From Batkoa obscura (Eukaryota): DNA of 64,000 nucleotides. Of this stretch, positions 25,851-38,694 are shown piece by piece (within the stretch, counting starts at the first letter, position 1; every line of letters starts with the position of its first letter). Both the position numbers and the translations under genes were made by a program. The stretch spans positions 868,001-932,000 of the forward strand of contig JASVEC010000018.1 in assembly GCA_030770535.1 (NCBI GenBank), in the 5' to 3' direction. Below the pieces are notes generated by a model. That model did not search any database, was not told the origin of the DNA, and saw nothing but the letters and a program-made list of their open reading frames with translations.

Positions 25851-26899
25851 AATCCATTTATTTGAAACAATTAATTCGAAAGGCCCTACTCTTCTAATTT
25901 ATTTATTTAATAAGGTAAACACTGGGTTTGTTTTATAATAATAAAACAAATTGGTATTAATGATATTTTATATTTCAGGTTTGATTATACATTCTTGTTG
26001 ACAAAATCAAATTAAAAGATCACTTAAAACTTTTACATGTTTTAAATGTCAAAGTTAATAAATATTAAATTTACGTTTTATCAATATTCTTTTCAAAATT
26101 TGAATTTTTATTCAATTTTTATTAAGAAAATAAAAAATGTAAATAAAAAATCCACAACTTGATAACTAATTTAAACTATCAATAATTAATCTAGAACTTA
26201 ATTAGACTAATATAAAAATCTAACTTACAATTAAATTAATATGAATTAAATAATGATAACAATTTAAATTAAAATATCTACATAAATAGATAGAATCTAC
26301 TAATCTACTAATCCATAATGTATCAATTTATAAACTACTTACTTATATTACTATTTAGTAACTATCAGTTTATGGACGCTATCTTATCCCGCTACTATTT
26401 TATTAAAGTAAAAGTTAATGAGTGCTAATTTAGAGTGGTATGAGTTGATGGAAGATAAATCTTAGGTTATTCATTATTACTCAAAGCACATATACAATTA
26501 TCAAAATTAAATTAAGTATCAATGATTTCATATTAAGTTACAATAATAGATTAATGAATACTGTAATGTATATATTCTCATATATTTACTTTGTTTATAC
26601 ATTAGTTATTGAAAGCTATCATCTGACCATGTTTCATTATGTTATACAATTCTTAAACTTTCCGAAAGCATATGGGCTTAAGTGCTGACTATTTGTTAAA
26701 CTAAATATTAGAAGGATAAGGTAAGTGAACTTATCAATTAAAGTCATATCTTGGAATAGGTTTTATATGGAAGGTTATGTAAGTCTTATTTAGTTTATTT
26801 ACTATTATCTAATTTAATTAAAAGTGTGCTTCCTATTCTTAACTAAAAATAACCTAATAATCATTGATTTAATACAACCTTAATGAAAAACATAATATA

Positions 26900-26997
26900 A
26901 GGGTGCTTTTTCTAGCCTCATCACTTTTTCGATCTTTCAAGCACTGTTTAAGTGGAAAGATTACTAGTAAAATTCTTAAACACAAAAATACATTCCC
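26900..26997 (-). mobile_element. MITE copy
   Basis: Family core ending AAATACATTCCC. Confidence 0.8.
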
Positions 26998-27953
26998 ATT
27001 GTGAAATATCACTTTGTCAGCCCCATGGTTAATTATAGCATAATGATCACCTAAGCTGTTGTGTTCTCGAGTTTAGAGACAGTCAATCCCACGTTCTTAT
27101 TTTAATTTGCTGAGAATTTCTATCTTCACCTCAAAGAACGTCATCCTCTCGTTTTGATATCTATACTTGTCTGAGTATAAAAGAGATTCTAAAACATAGT
27201 AGCTCGAGGGTTTTTAACTGAATTATTCTCTGATATCTCGAACATTTAATAAAGCCACTAAGTTTTCTTAATAGTATTTTACGTAGATTTTACATTAGTA
27301 TTGTCTATTCTATTTGTTTTACATAGTTCATGGCCTATTACGTACTATTCTTCATAATTCAAGTCTATCTTAGTCACATAAACTAAGACCTTTTGACTGC
27401 CAGTGTAGTCAACCAGGGAATAACTGTTTTTGACTCCAATCACTGAGTACCGGATTTCACGCCATATTGTTTAGCAAAAATTAGCTCCTTCTTTAATATA
27501 TCAATTAAATTATGAAAGTTATTGGAAGCCCAGATAAATCTCATATAAATCTCGTACGAATCTCATATAAACCTCATTTAAAGCCCATTTAAAGCTCAGA
27601 TCCCCTCTTGAAGTAACACAGTTCTATCAACTTTCCATATTAGCTATATTATCTACTATTTTTATACCTTTTATTTCCTATCAAGAATGAAAACTTTATT
27701 AATTCTTTATTAATTCTTTCAAAATGTTTAATAAAGTGTCAATAATATTTAAGTAATTTATCTGTTTTAATAATGATAAATAAATAAAGGATCACCAATA
27801 AAGTAAAGGACAAATAAAAACAAAAAATCAACAATAAATAACAAAATAGAATGAACTACTTTATCCTAATTGAAAAATTTAATGGTTTTGAAACCTAAAA
27901 TCATTTATAATGTAATTTTAATAATTAAAAAAGATAATTCAATTTGAATTTTA

Positions 27954-28307
27954 TTAATAATAAGCTACTGGATTATTAATAACCTGATAAGGTTTATTGC
28001 TAGGAGGAATAACAGTAGGACTTATTCCATAGTTAGGTAATGAAACTTTCAAAATATTTCCATAGTTTGGTAAGTTAATAGGAGGAATGTTATTTTTTGG
28101 AGGACTAATAGGGGGAATATAATTAGTTGGTGGATTAATTTTACCAATATTATAACTTGGAGGCGTAACCACTGAAAAGGTATCATAGATTGGCTTTTTT
28201 TTTATTGGTTCTTCAGGTCGAGTATCGTAGCTTGGTGGAGCTTGATTATAGTCGGAAGCAAGCGTAGTTGCGATTAAGGTCAAAATGCCTATAAAGAGCC
28301 TATTCAT
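27954..28307 (-). CDS. Secreted Pro/Tyr-rich protein, inverted member of the family
   Basis: Signal peptide, ASDY, PPSY, ends PYQVINNPVAYY. Confidence 0.85.
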   Translation of the reverse strand: MNRLFIGILTLIATTLASDYNQAPPSYDTRPEEPIKKKPIYDTFSVVTPPSYNIGKINPPTNYIPPISPPKNNIPPINLPNYGNILKVSLPNYGISPTVIPPSNKPYQVINNPVAYY

Positions 28308-29344
28308 AGCGTAATAAATTAAGGAGTTAATAGATTATTAAACAGAATGGTAATTTAAGATTTGATAGTTTTGTTTTTGTTTTTGTTTTTGTTTTTATAC
28401 TATTTGTAGGCTATTTTAAAACAATAGTTAGTATCATGTTGTTTGATTTGAAATCCCAGATTCCTAGATTATTTTGAATTCACTCATTTAAAGCACTTTT
28501 ATTTTCAAAATTGGGTTCATTTTATTCCAAACTAATATAGCCGTAATATGCAATTGTAATTTAAGGGTCATTGAATTGAATCTAGCACACGATTCCAATT
28601 TCATTGGAATTTAATAACATCAAGCCGTTATTTTATGTACATTTAAAAATAAAACCTTTATTTTATAGTTGATTGTAGCTAATCTGTTTTTATACCCAAA
28701 GCTGTCAACCCTTTTTTAATAAAATAGGAGCTAAAGATAGTAATAAATTAAGGCCAAAAATATTTATAGTCAATTGCTATTTGTTTGTAATTTATGTTAA
28801 AATAACCCTTAACTTTAATTATTAAATCAGACTTGATTTTAGTCCACTATATTGAATTTTAGGGGGCTAAAATTAGAATGTTTAAAAATCCGCTTATAAC
28901 ATTGATAAATTACTTTTGTTTTGACTGAATTCAATTGAATTATTTATTAGTATTGAAATGTATCTTCACTTTAATTCATCACAATACAATTGATTAATTC
29001 AATTAGTTAATTGAAGACATGATAAGTAGCTAGCATTTCAATGTAGCATTAGAAGTTTGATTGCATACAAATTGCATAAAATTTAAGGGGATTAATGCAT
29101 TTAAAAAATTTCAGTATTTTTAAGCTATCATGTCTATAGTAAGAAAAAATATCAGCAAACTGAAGTAAAAAATAGCAATAATTTTCAACCAAAATGAACG
29201 AAATTAACAAATTTCATCAGATATTGCAAATTTTGGCTATCCTTATTGAAAATGGTTTTTACTAAATTTGACACTTACATTTGTTGGAATTTTTTTTGTT
29301 ATAAGTATGATGTGTTAGAAATACTGTAATTTAGATCATTACAT

Positions 29345-29440
29345 GGGGATGCTTTTTGGTTTCATTACTTTTCGATCTCTTAAGCGCTATTTAAGTGGAA
29401 ATATTGCTAGTGAAATTATTAAACAAAAAAATACACTTCT
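29345..29440 (-). mobile_element. MITE copy
   Basis: GGGGATGC start and family core. Confidence 0.8.
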
Positions 29441-30083
29441 GTGTTATTATAAAAAAGGATTATTTGTATATATCCTAGTTAAATTTTTTAAAGAATAATA
29501 CACTTTTTCCTATTTATTTTAATGAAATAAATGTTAGAAATAGTTGAATTTAGTAAATATTTCCGATTAGAGTATAGTGAAAGTATTAAACTATGAAATG
29601 CTATGATAAAAATTGAAAAAAGATTCATGATTGATACCTGAATGTTCTTTTTTATTTCTGTCTTTCAGAATTAAAACTGATTCACTAATTGACATTATCA
29701 CTCTATTTAATAGTATTATTAAATGGATTGATAATTAGCTTCAATCTAAGTTTGATAGATAATCTATTAAATATTGCTATTTCCAATCGAAAAATGGTGT
29801 AGTTTCCATTATCAATAGCAACTATAATGGGTTAGGAAAAGTTCGATAGGTTTACTTCAAAATCATTCATGTTTTATAAAATGAATTGACCTATTTCTGA
29901 AATTTAAATTTGCTGAATCTACTATTCTATTTTTTATATTGTAAATTTACTAGCAGTTCTAATTTGCATTTAATAATACTAGATGAATTAAAGAGCATTA
30001 AAAAAATAATAATATTTCAAAATAAAATGAAGATGGTAGAAGTGAATATAATATTAACAATAACCCTTTTTGATTGAATATAT

Positions 30084-30300
30084 GGGAGTACTTTTTTTAA
30101 CTTCATTACTTTTTCCATTTTTTAAGCACTATTTAAGTGGAAAATTTGTTAGTAAAATTCTTAAACACAAAAATACACCCCTCTATACAAAATTTAACAA
30201 ATGGGGATGTATTTTTGTGTTTAAGAATTTTACTAATAATTTTTCCACTCAAATAGCGCTTAAAAGATGGAAAAAATACTGAGGCCAAAAAAACATTCCC
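30084..30300. mobile_element. Two MITE copies in inverted orientation (30084-30182 and 30203-30300)
   Basis: A reverse and a forward copy separated by about 20 bp. Confidence 0.9.
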
Positions 30301-30398
30301 ATAATATTATGATTTTTTTAAAATATCTGAATAGTCGATACATTTGCGCTTTATTTGAGTAAATTAGTTGGACCACCAAAAAGCCAAATCAAAATAAA

Positions 30399-30481
30399 TG
30401 ATCAGGATGGGATTCGAACCCACGCCTCCGAAGAGACCGCGGCCTTAACACGGCGCCTTAGACCAACTCGGCCACCTGATC
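30399..30481 (-). tRNA. tRNA-Leu, anticodon AAG
   Basis: Reverse complement GATCAGG TGGCCGAGTTGGTCTAAGGCG CCGTG TTAAGGC CGCGG TCTCTTCGGAGG CGTGGGTTCGAATCCCAT CCTGATC A: 7-bp acceptor stem, long variable arm, A/B boxes, downstream T-tract. Confidence 0.97.
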
Positions 30482-30826
30482 TAATTGTATGTTAAAATAA
30501 GAGATAAGTTTATTATAACCCATTAATTACAGTTTTTGTAAAAAGTTCAAGCTGGTAATTCTTTCATTTTAATAGTATTTAGTAATTGTAAATAAAAACA
30601 AAAGCGTATAATAAAGAGGAAATGATTATTGATTTATGTTTAATTTTACATGTTTACTATATTTCATCATCTATTTTGTAACTATTTCAAAATAATATGT
30701 TATAAATATTTTCAATTTTTGCCTTATTTCCATGATATTGTAGTATTTTATTTTATTTTAACAAACGAAGATTCATTATATAAATATTGTTTAAGTTTTG
30801 GCTAAATATATAGATAAGTATTATAT

Positions 30827-30925
30827 GGGGATGTCTTTTCTGGCTTCATCACCTTTTCTATCTTTTAAGCGCTACTTGAGTGGAAAAATTATTAGTAAAA
30901 TTCTTAAACACAAAAACACTCCCCC
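30827..30925 (-). mobile_element. MITE copy
   Basis: GGGGATGT...CCCCC, flanks ATAT/ATAC. Confidence 0.85.
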
Positions 30926-31240
30926 ATACATTGTATTTTTTATTAAATTGTAAAAGTATTCATTAATATTCTAATTTTTGTAATAATTTTTAAAATAAAA
31001 ACAAATAGGAATAAACCAAACTAAAATTTACCTTTGTAATTAAAATATTGAACCATTAATCAATTAGCAATATAGCAATATACTTGGATTATGAATCAAT
31101 TATTAACATGCATATGGAGGAACAAAATTACCTCTAACTACATATTTTTAGAATCAATGTTAGCTTCAACACTTTTTATCATTTTGGTAATTTTGTACTT
31201 ACTTTTTTATATAACCACTTTATTCCACATAGACAATATA

Positions 31241-31335
31241 TGGACGCTTTTTTTTTGTTCCATTACTTTCTCCATTTCTTCAGTGCTATTTGAGTGCAAA
31301 AACTATTAAATTACTAAATAAAAAAATATATCACC
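31241..31335 (-). mobile_element. Degenerate MITE copy
   Basis: Core CATTACTTTCTCCATT...GTGCTATTTGAGTG. Confidence 0.65.
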
Positions 31336-32631
31336 ACATAAATTTATTAAAAAAACTGTTACTAATTTTTTATCATCGGTTATAATTAAAAAAGACATTT
31401 TTATAATATGATAGCATCTTACTGTCTATAAGTTAAGTATAGATATTCTCAAAAAATTATTACTTGCTTATTTTTTAAAAAAATATTAATTCTTGAGCTT
31501 CTAATACTCCATATAACATCTCAACTTTATTCCACATATGATTAATAGTTTAGATTAGCATTTTATTTAGTAGTCTAGATTGGCTACTTAGAGTTATAGT
31601 AGCACCAGTCGCTATAATACTCTTAGAACTTTATAGATTTAATTTTAAACATACAGTCAATGTATTAATGTTTGATTAAAAAATTACTTGTTTCTTAAAT
31701 TCAAATTTTCTTGCTTTGAATTAAATACCATATAAAATAAAATCAATAAAATGTACAATGATAATAATATAGTTATTAGATAGCATTGTTCGTTCCAAAA
31801 ATAAACTAATACATTTTCTATATAAAATGCTATATAATTTTATTACTGGGTTATTATCTTAATGACCTGAAAACTCAATACAAATAGTAGATTAGTTCTA
31901 TTTTAATTCGGGTTACCGTATTTAAATTAATAGTTCTACTAACAAAACAAAACAAAATTATTATAAATTTAATAATCTTTAAGTAATAATCCAATATGCT
32001 AATGTGTTTTTTTCGATCAAATCATTTATCTAAATAAATAAATAGAATTACCATTTTAATTTTTCATCACACTAAGGCTAGATCCAATGATTTGGATTTC
32101 GAAGCTTCTGTATCCCTTATCAGTTACCTCCTTAAAGCTACTTTGACTGAAACTCTATTTTTGTGTAAAGGCAGTGATAACTTCATCATCTTATTAATCA
32201 GTTACTTGCTATTTAAATAAACTCTATAAGTTAATGCTCAAATATAGAAAAAAGAATTGACATTTTGCATACACTTGACCAAAAGCTACTGAAGTTACTT
32301 AAAGTGGTAGTTGTTTTTGATTAAAATTCCACTTAAAAATTTAGTTTAACCGAGATGAAAGATATTTTTAAAAATATCATTTTCAAATATAAATATAAAT
32401 ATAAATAAAACAAAAATGGTAACTAAGGCTCATAAACCGGTTAATAAAAATCTTGTTAACTTTTAATATCATTTTTTTAAAATTCCTTAATAAAGGAAAA
32501 TCCTTAAGATGTTTACTAATCAATAATGGATTTTAATATTATTTTTTATGTTCAGTAAGAATAGTATATAAGCTTAATTCTTTCCCAAATTGCTTTGATT
32601 TTTACATTTATAACATAAAGTTAACTTCAAA

Positions 32632-33704
32632 ATGGATATGCCATCAGATGGTTTTAACTACTCCGTCACTGAAGTCTATCCAAGACTTTCTACTATCTCA
32701 GCTGTGTTAGCAGCTGTTGTTGTTTTAACAATGATTGCTTTATGTAAGTTATTTTATCTATTAATAAAATATAATACTAACTCTAGAATTTAATAGCTCT
32801 TTATGATTACAAGTTAGTAAACCGCGTTAGTTTAAGATTACAAACTGTTATTTCAGCAGTTGATATATGGACTCATACTACCGCTTTTTGGTTTAAATAT
32901 TATCAAGAGGAACCTAGTGGGATGTGTACCTTTATTGCTTGGCAAAGACAGTTTGGTCCTTTAATGTATTTGTTCTTCAATGTCGCTATTGCCGCAAACT
33001 TTCAACTGGTATTTTTACATGAAAAGGTTATTACATCAAAGATTGAATTAGCTTACTGGTTTATTCCAATTATTGCTGGTTTAATCATTACTATCCCTCC
33101 TTTAGCTACAGGTCTTACCGGATATGGTGATTTTAACGGGTGCTTTTTTGTTGATGCAGATTTTACAACTCTTAGAGTAGCTGATATGTTAGTTTCTAAT
33201 ATTTGGTATTTATTAACTTGGTTATACCTTGTGATTGTTGTAGGGTTAGTTGTTTTTAAACTCAGAAAAAGTGCTACACAAATCAAATTTTCTCAAAGGT
33301 TTACTACCATCACAGATTCTGATGTAGCCCAAAAGACAATTAAAAGTTTGATTCATAGATTATTACTTTATCCAATTGTCGCTATATTATCTACCCTTGG
33401 CATCATGGCTAGTCAGCTTAATCATCTTAGAGTTGAGCAAGAAGATTGGAATTTAGAAATCTGGGCTATGAATTTTTTGGCTCTTACTGGTACTTTTAAT
33501 TTTATCGCTTTTTGTTTCGATCCTACTTTCCAGAATGCAATCTATGTTATTTATTGCCGTATTAGGTACGGTAAAGAAGGTGCTAGCTTAGTATCTACTT
33601 CTATTAACAAAGAGGGCCCAACCGCAGCTTTCGATATCGAGTTAGGCAAGTTGGAATCTACAACCAGCCTTAACCAATATTCTAATGACTATCACTTACT
33701 TTAA
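32632..33704 (+). CDS. 7-TM GPCR-like protein (cAMP-receptor/Git3-like fungal class), 2 exons (32632-32743, 32797-33704)
   Basis: About seven hydrophobic segments; NRVSLRL after TM1, CTFIAW at TM3, extracellular Cys, RLLLYP before TM6, DP motif in TM7. Confidence 0.8.
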
Positions 33705-35774
33705 AGCTTTTATTTTTTCGATTTTTAGCAAGATTTAATTTGATATTAAATAAACGAACTTTTGTAACTATATATTGCTACATGACTATTTTTTATTAAA
33801 GCTCTTTGATAATTTCATATATAAAACTAAATATTCTTTAATCTATCTGATTTTTAATTCCTTTGGATTTACTGAGTAATAAACCATTTTACTGGTATAA
33901 TATAACAACAAATATCTTTTGTCATAACCACCTTTGAATGAGGTGACTGAATATCAATACAATGTGTTATAAGATAATTCATTAATAATTTATCTCATAA
34001 TTTGAAAAAGTTGCGTATTCACCAGCATCTACTTTGTATTTTAAACATATTGATCTAGCTTATAGGCTACAATATTTCATTTGATACAAATGTTTTTTTT
34101 TCATGATTTTTATCCAAAGAATAATTTTATTTCAGCAATATAGCTCAATAACACTATGATATAAATCAAATAAAATCGTATGTTTTCATAATAAAAAGTT
34201 TTTAAAAAGGGGATGTAAAAAACAGTTAAATATTTAATCTTTAATCCACTAAAAGTAAAACCCAATCCAGGATTAGTAATAGGTTGAAGTTTTATTCTAC
34301 TTTTCAAATATAAAGAATTACATATCATAATAGTCTACAATTATTCTTAAGCAAATGTATGCTGCATTCACATCTAAAATTTAGTTTAAACCCAAGTACC
34401 AAACAGACGAAACCCCGTTATAATATTCAAATATTACATATTTTACTAAATATTTAAACATATAATAATGTGGGTTCTAATTAAATAAGTCATGTTTTAA
34501 TAGTAGTAAACTTTACTGATTGATATTTGATTAAGGTCAAATTTAATGTTTCATAACCTGTTTTATTGATAATGGATAAATATGTTCCATAAAACAAATA
34601 ATCAAATATATCCAAGCATGCGCAAATTCGAGGGCTTTGGAGATATAGGTGTTCCGCTTTGATTACTTAGGAATAGAAATAAATCTCGGTTATGATAGGC
34701 ACATGGTGATATATTCAAGCTATTCGACCTCCTTTTACCTTTTTTAAAACGTATATCGAGATTAACGAGTTAAATTACTAGCTCTAATGAAAACGGAAAA
34801 GTATTATTTTGTAAAATTGGGATTATAAGAAGGCTTTACACACACATTACCATCATCTTAATTGTTTTTATTACTATTAAAAACTATCTTTAATAAGTGA
34901 GGTATCAATATACTAGTTTACTTTAAAAATAGCTGATGGTTAAAAACTTGATTATGAATTAGCGTAAGAGTTAACGTTTTTGATGCAGCATTTTGTAATT
35001 TAATTTTAAACCAGAAAAATACTATATTTACTTCAAATGAAAATTAATTTAAATGACTGATTATATTAATATTGCTCCACAGATTTTAAACATTACTTAA
35101 ACCAAAAATAATTTATTTAGAAATAGTATAAAAGTTCTAGCCACTGTAAAGATCCAAGTTCTTAGATTTTAAGGCAACAAAATAAATCTTTTGAAATTTC
35201 CACCTTTTGGTCATTTTCAAGTATTTATTTATAAGTTTAAGGATTTAAGCATCTGTTATTACAAAACCTTTATTATTTGCTAGATTTTAAAGAGTATTTG
35301 ATTTTAATAAATGTATGTATATTTCAGACTAAAAGTCACTATGTTAACGGATTAAATTACTTCAAGTATGGCAATAACAATTTGATATTAATATCAACAA
35401 AGCCGTGATAACTAGGTTTATTTAGGCAATCCAATTACTTATTTTGAACTTATTTTGAACTTATTTTGAATCAAATCTACTTAAATTATTAAAACAATAG
35501 TTCTAATTTTAATCATTTTAATCATAATAAAATTATTATCATACAGGTTTGTTTTAGATACTATTTTTACTTTTAATAACAAAAGTGACATGAAAATAAA
35601 AACGAAAAAATTTAGGCCATTTTATTGAATTGATTATCTTATAAGGAATTAAAATTAAAATTTATATAGTAATTATAATAATGGCTCGGTTTAAATATGA
35701 AAAAATTAAAAATTATCATCTTTGCCTTTCTCTCTTAATTATATATTTTATCAATATATCTAGTTATCAATAAA

Positions 35775-37029
35775 ATGGATGAATCACCACCTCCAAGTTT
35801 TATGTATTCAGTAACTGTAGTCTACCCAACGCTCTCCAGTATGTCAGCAGTATTAGCCTCTCTTGTAGTCCTTACTATGATTATTTTATGTAATTAATTC
35901 CTTAATTAAATCAAACCCTTTTACTCATTATTTAGCATTATACGACTTTAAGTTAGTTAACAGAGTGAGCTTAAGATTGCAAACTGCTGTATCTGCCCTT
36001 GACATTTGGACCCACACAACTGCACTTTGGTTTCCATTATATAATGAGTCAGCAAGTGCTATGTGTACTTTCATAGCTTGGCAAAGGCAATTTGGCCCCT
36101 TAATTTATCTATTCCTTAATATATCCGTTGCCACTAATCTTTTACTTGTATTTATTAAAGAAGCCAGAATTACCAAAACAGTAGAAATTGCTTATTGGGT
36201 AGCCCCCATTATTGGTGCTGCTATTATTACCATCCCACCTTTAGGTTTGTTTAGATTATAATTTCAAAGTATTATTTTGCTTATAGTTAATAGCAATTGG
36301 TCTCACTGGGTTCGGGGATTTTAATAACTGTTACTTTACCCCTCAAGATGAAAAAACTTATCAAATTGCTGATATGTTGATTTCTAATATGTGGTATCTT
36401 TTGACCTTAGTCTACTGTACTGCAGTCGTAGCTATGGTTGTCTTTAAACTTAGAAAGGATATCGAACAGTTAAAAGTTGCTAGAAAGTTCGTATTTGTTA
36501 AAGATACTAAAACTGCAATTAAGAAAGCCAACATGTTTGTAAATAGAATGTAAAAATTTATTTATGATTGTTAAAAGCCATTATTAAAATAGTATTAATT
36601 AGACTCCTGTATCCTATTGTTGCTATAATATCCGTGTTTGGCGTATCAGTTAGTCAAATCTATATTCTTGTAAATGGGGGCACTAACTTTGGTATTGATA
36701 TCTGGGCTATGAATGGGTTGGCCCTTAGTGGTACCTTGAACTTTATTGCTTTCGTTTGCGACCCTACTTTGCATTCAGCTTTCTATGCTATTTACAAGCG
36801 CTTTATTCTCAAAAGTGCTGCTAATATAGCTGATACTGAATCTGGTAAGTAACTTCATATGAACCAATTATCTTATTTCTAACCATATATAGTTGGGGAT
36901 TCTGGGACCTATTCTCTTAATGTCCCGCCTAAGAAGCTAGACAGTACCTTTCAATTGACAATGGATGATGAGGTCACCGTTGCTAATCCTAACGATCCGG
37001 AGTATACCAAAGAAATTGAATATCTCTAA
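35775..37029 (+). CDS. 7-TM GPCR-like paralogue, 5 exons (introns approx. 35890-35935, 36245-36292, 36550-36602, 36845-36892)
   Basis: Collinear with 32632-33704 (SLRLQT, DIWTHTTA, MCTFIAWQRQFGPL, ADML.SN.WYLLT, LLYPIVAI, IWAMN). Confidence 0.8.
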
Positions 37030-38694
37030 TCAGTATCTTTTAACTTATGTAATAAATGCTTGAATCAGCCTGGTAGCGTCTTAATCAAAACATTTAGTTG
37101 TATAATTCAAATTAATAAATTATATTAATTTAATTCTATAGAGCTGTGTAAGAATTTATTACTATATTGACATCATATTAAAAAAAGGCTAAAACTTTGA
37201 TTTACCCTTGAGTCTCCTTTTTGTTTGATTCTAAATGGCATTTTTAATTTTTACAGCTATTTTAGTTTAAATGTCCAATTTGGGAAAAAACTTTTTATCT
37301 ACAATCTGTTAATTGAATTTTTTTAAAGCCTAAGAATAGGCTTTATTGAAGTTTTTGTCAATAATTTTTCTTAAATCAGCAATTAGTTAATACACAATCG
37401 AACTAGAGTAGTCGTGCTATTAATGGAGAGAAATTAATTAATAAATACAATCAACACCATAAGTTTAATTTCAAGAATATAGGACTTTAAAACTTTAGCA
37501 TCTAAAGCAGTAACAAAATTTTTAAGGAAAGTTTAATGAACGATGTGACGCAAAAGGAGGGCTACATTTGAAAAATATGAGATTACAATATTATAAAAAA
37601 TATCCTTACTCCATTATAAAAGGGGCCTTGAATCTTTAAACAATTATTGTGCCTATATTTTTATACAATATATCTTTATAGTATAGATAAATTATTGAAG
37701 GATTTATACGGTTCAATTGATAAGTTAGTAATGAGCTTCATTGTTTCAGTATCCTTTGCTCTTATTGAGATTGTAAAAACCCCTTTTCTGAATGTAATAT
37801 TTGTTAATATTACGATTATAAATTAAAAATATTAATTTTAAAACGATTTACTTATTTCTATAATACTCAGTTAATATTACGGTAAAAATAAATTTACGTA
37901 ATATCATAAATAATAAACAATAATGTCTAATAAAGTATCGTCAAGGATGCATAATATTTCATTTAACACTGCCTCTGTCATAAGATAAATGCCCCTTTTT
38001 GTAAAAGGTTCATGTTTTTATAAAAAATAAATAAATAAACAGTTTTTACAAACGGATACTCATCTTGGGATGGGGATTATATTAAGATTTTGTAATTACA
38101 GACGGTATTACTATGATTGATACTATTGTAACTTTTGTAGAAAGTTGAGGTTTAAAGCAAACGCTTTATTTACTATAATAGTTTATGATTAGTCTTGGAT
38201 TTTTCAGAAGTTTTGATTTCCTTAGAAGCCTGATTGTTGAGGCAGAACCCTATGATTTAAAAAAGTAATTGTATATTATTATATAAAATACTCAATAAAA
38301 CTTTTAAAAAAATAATAATAAAGCATCAATTATCCTTATAAACATTATTTTCGATTGGTTGTATAGCTACTAACCTGAATACAAATACTAAAGTTACAAA
38401 TACTTTATAGTTTTACATTAAGATACTGTCTCTTCCAATACCCTTTTTATTCAGTAAGCGTTTTATAAAAATGCTATTTTGGAAACACTAATATCATCAA
38501 AAAATCTACTTCACTAATTATTATTATTAATTGAATGTCAATTATATAATAACTTATTTTTAAATTCATTCGAATTTTATTCACATTCCTATAAGATTTT
38601 AAATTTTCGAGTTTTTCGAATTAAGCAACTTCAATTTATTGCTTTTTAAACAATCTAAATTCAGGGATGATAACAATTTTTAAGTATTTTTGAA

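Noticed and set aside
25648..25851. 67-aa ILF-repeat ORF
   Set aside because: It is the translation of the 9-bp minisatellite.
30070..30282. 70-aa ORF (similar cases at 31091 and 45601)
   Set aside because: Chance frames running through MITE copies.
34600..34760. Possible third GPCR remnant between the two paralogues
   Set aside because: Only a GFGD-like word matches and I could not extend the alignment.
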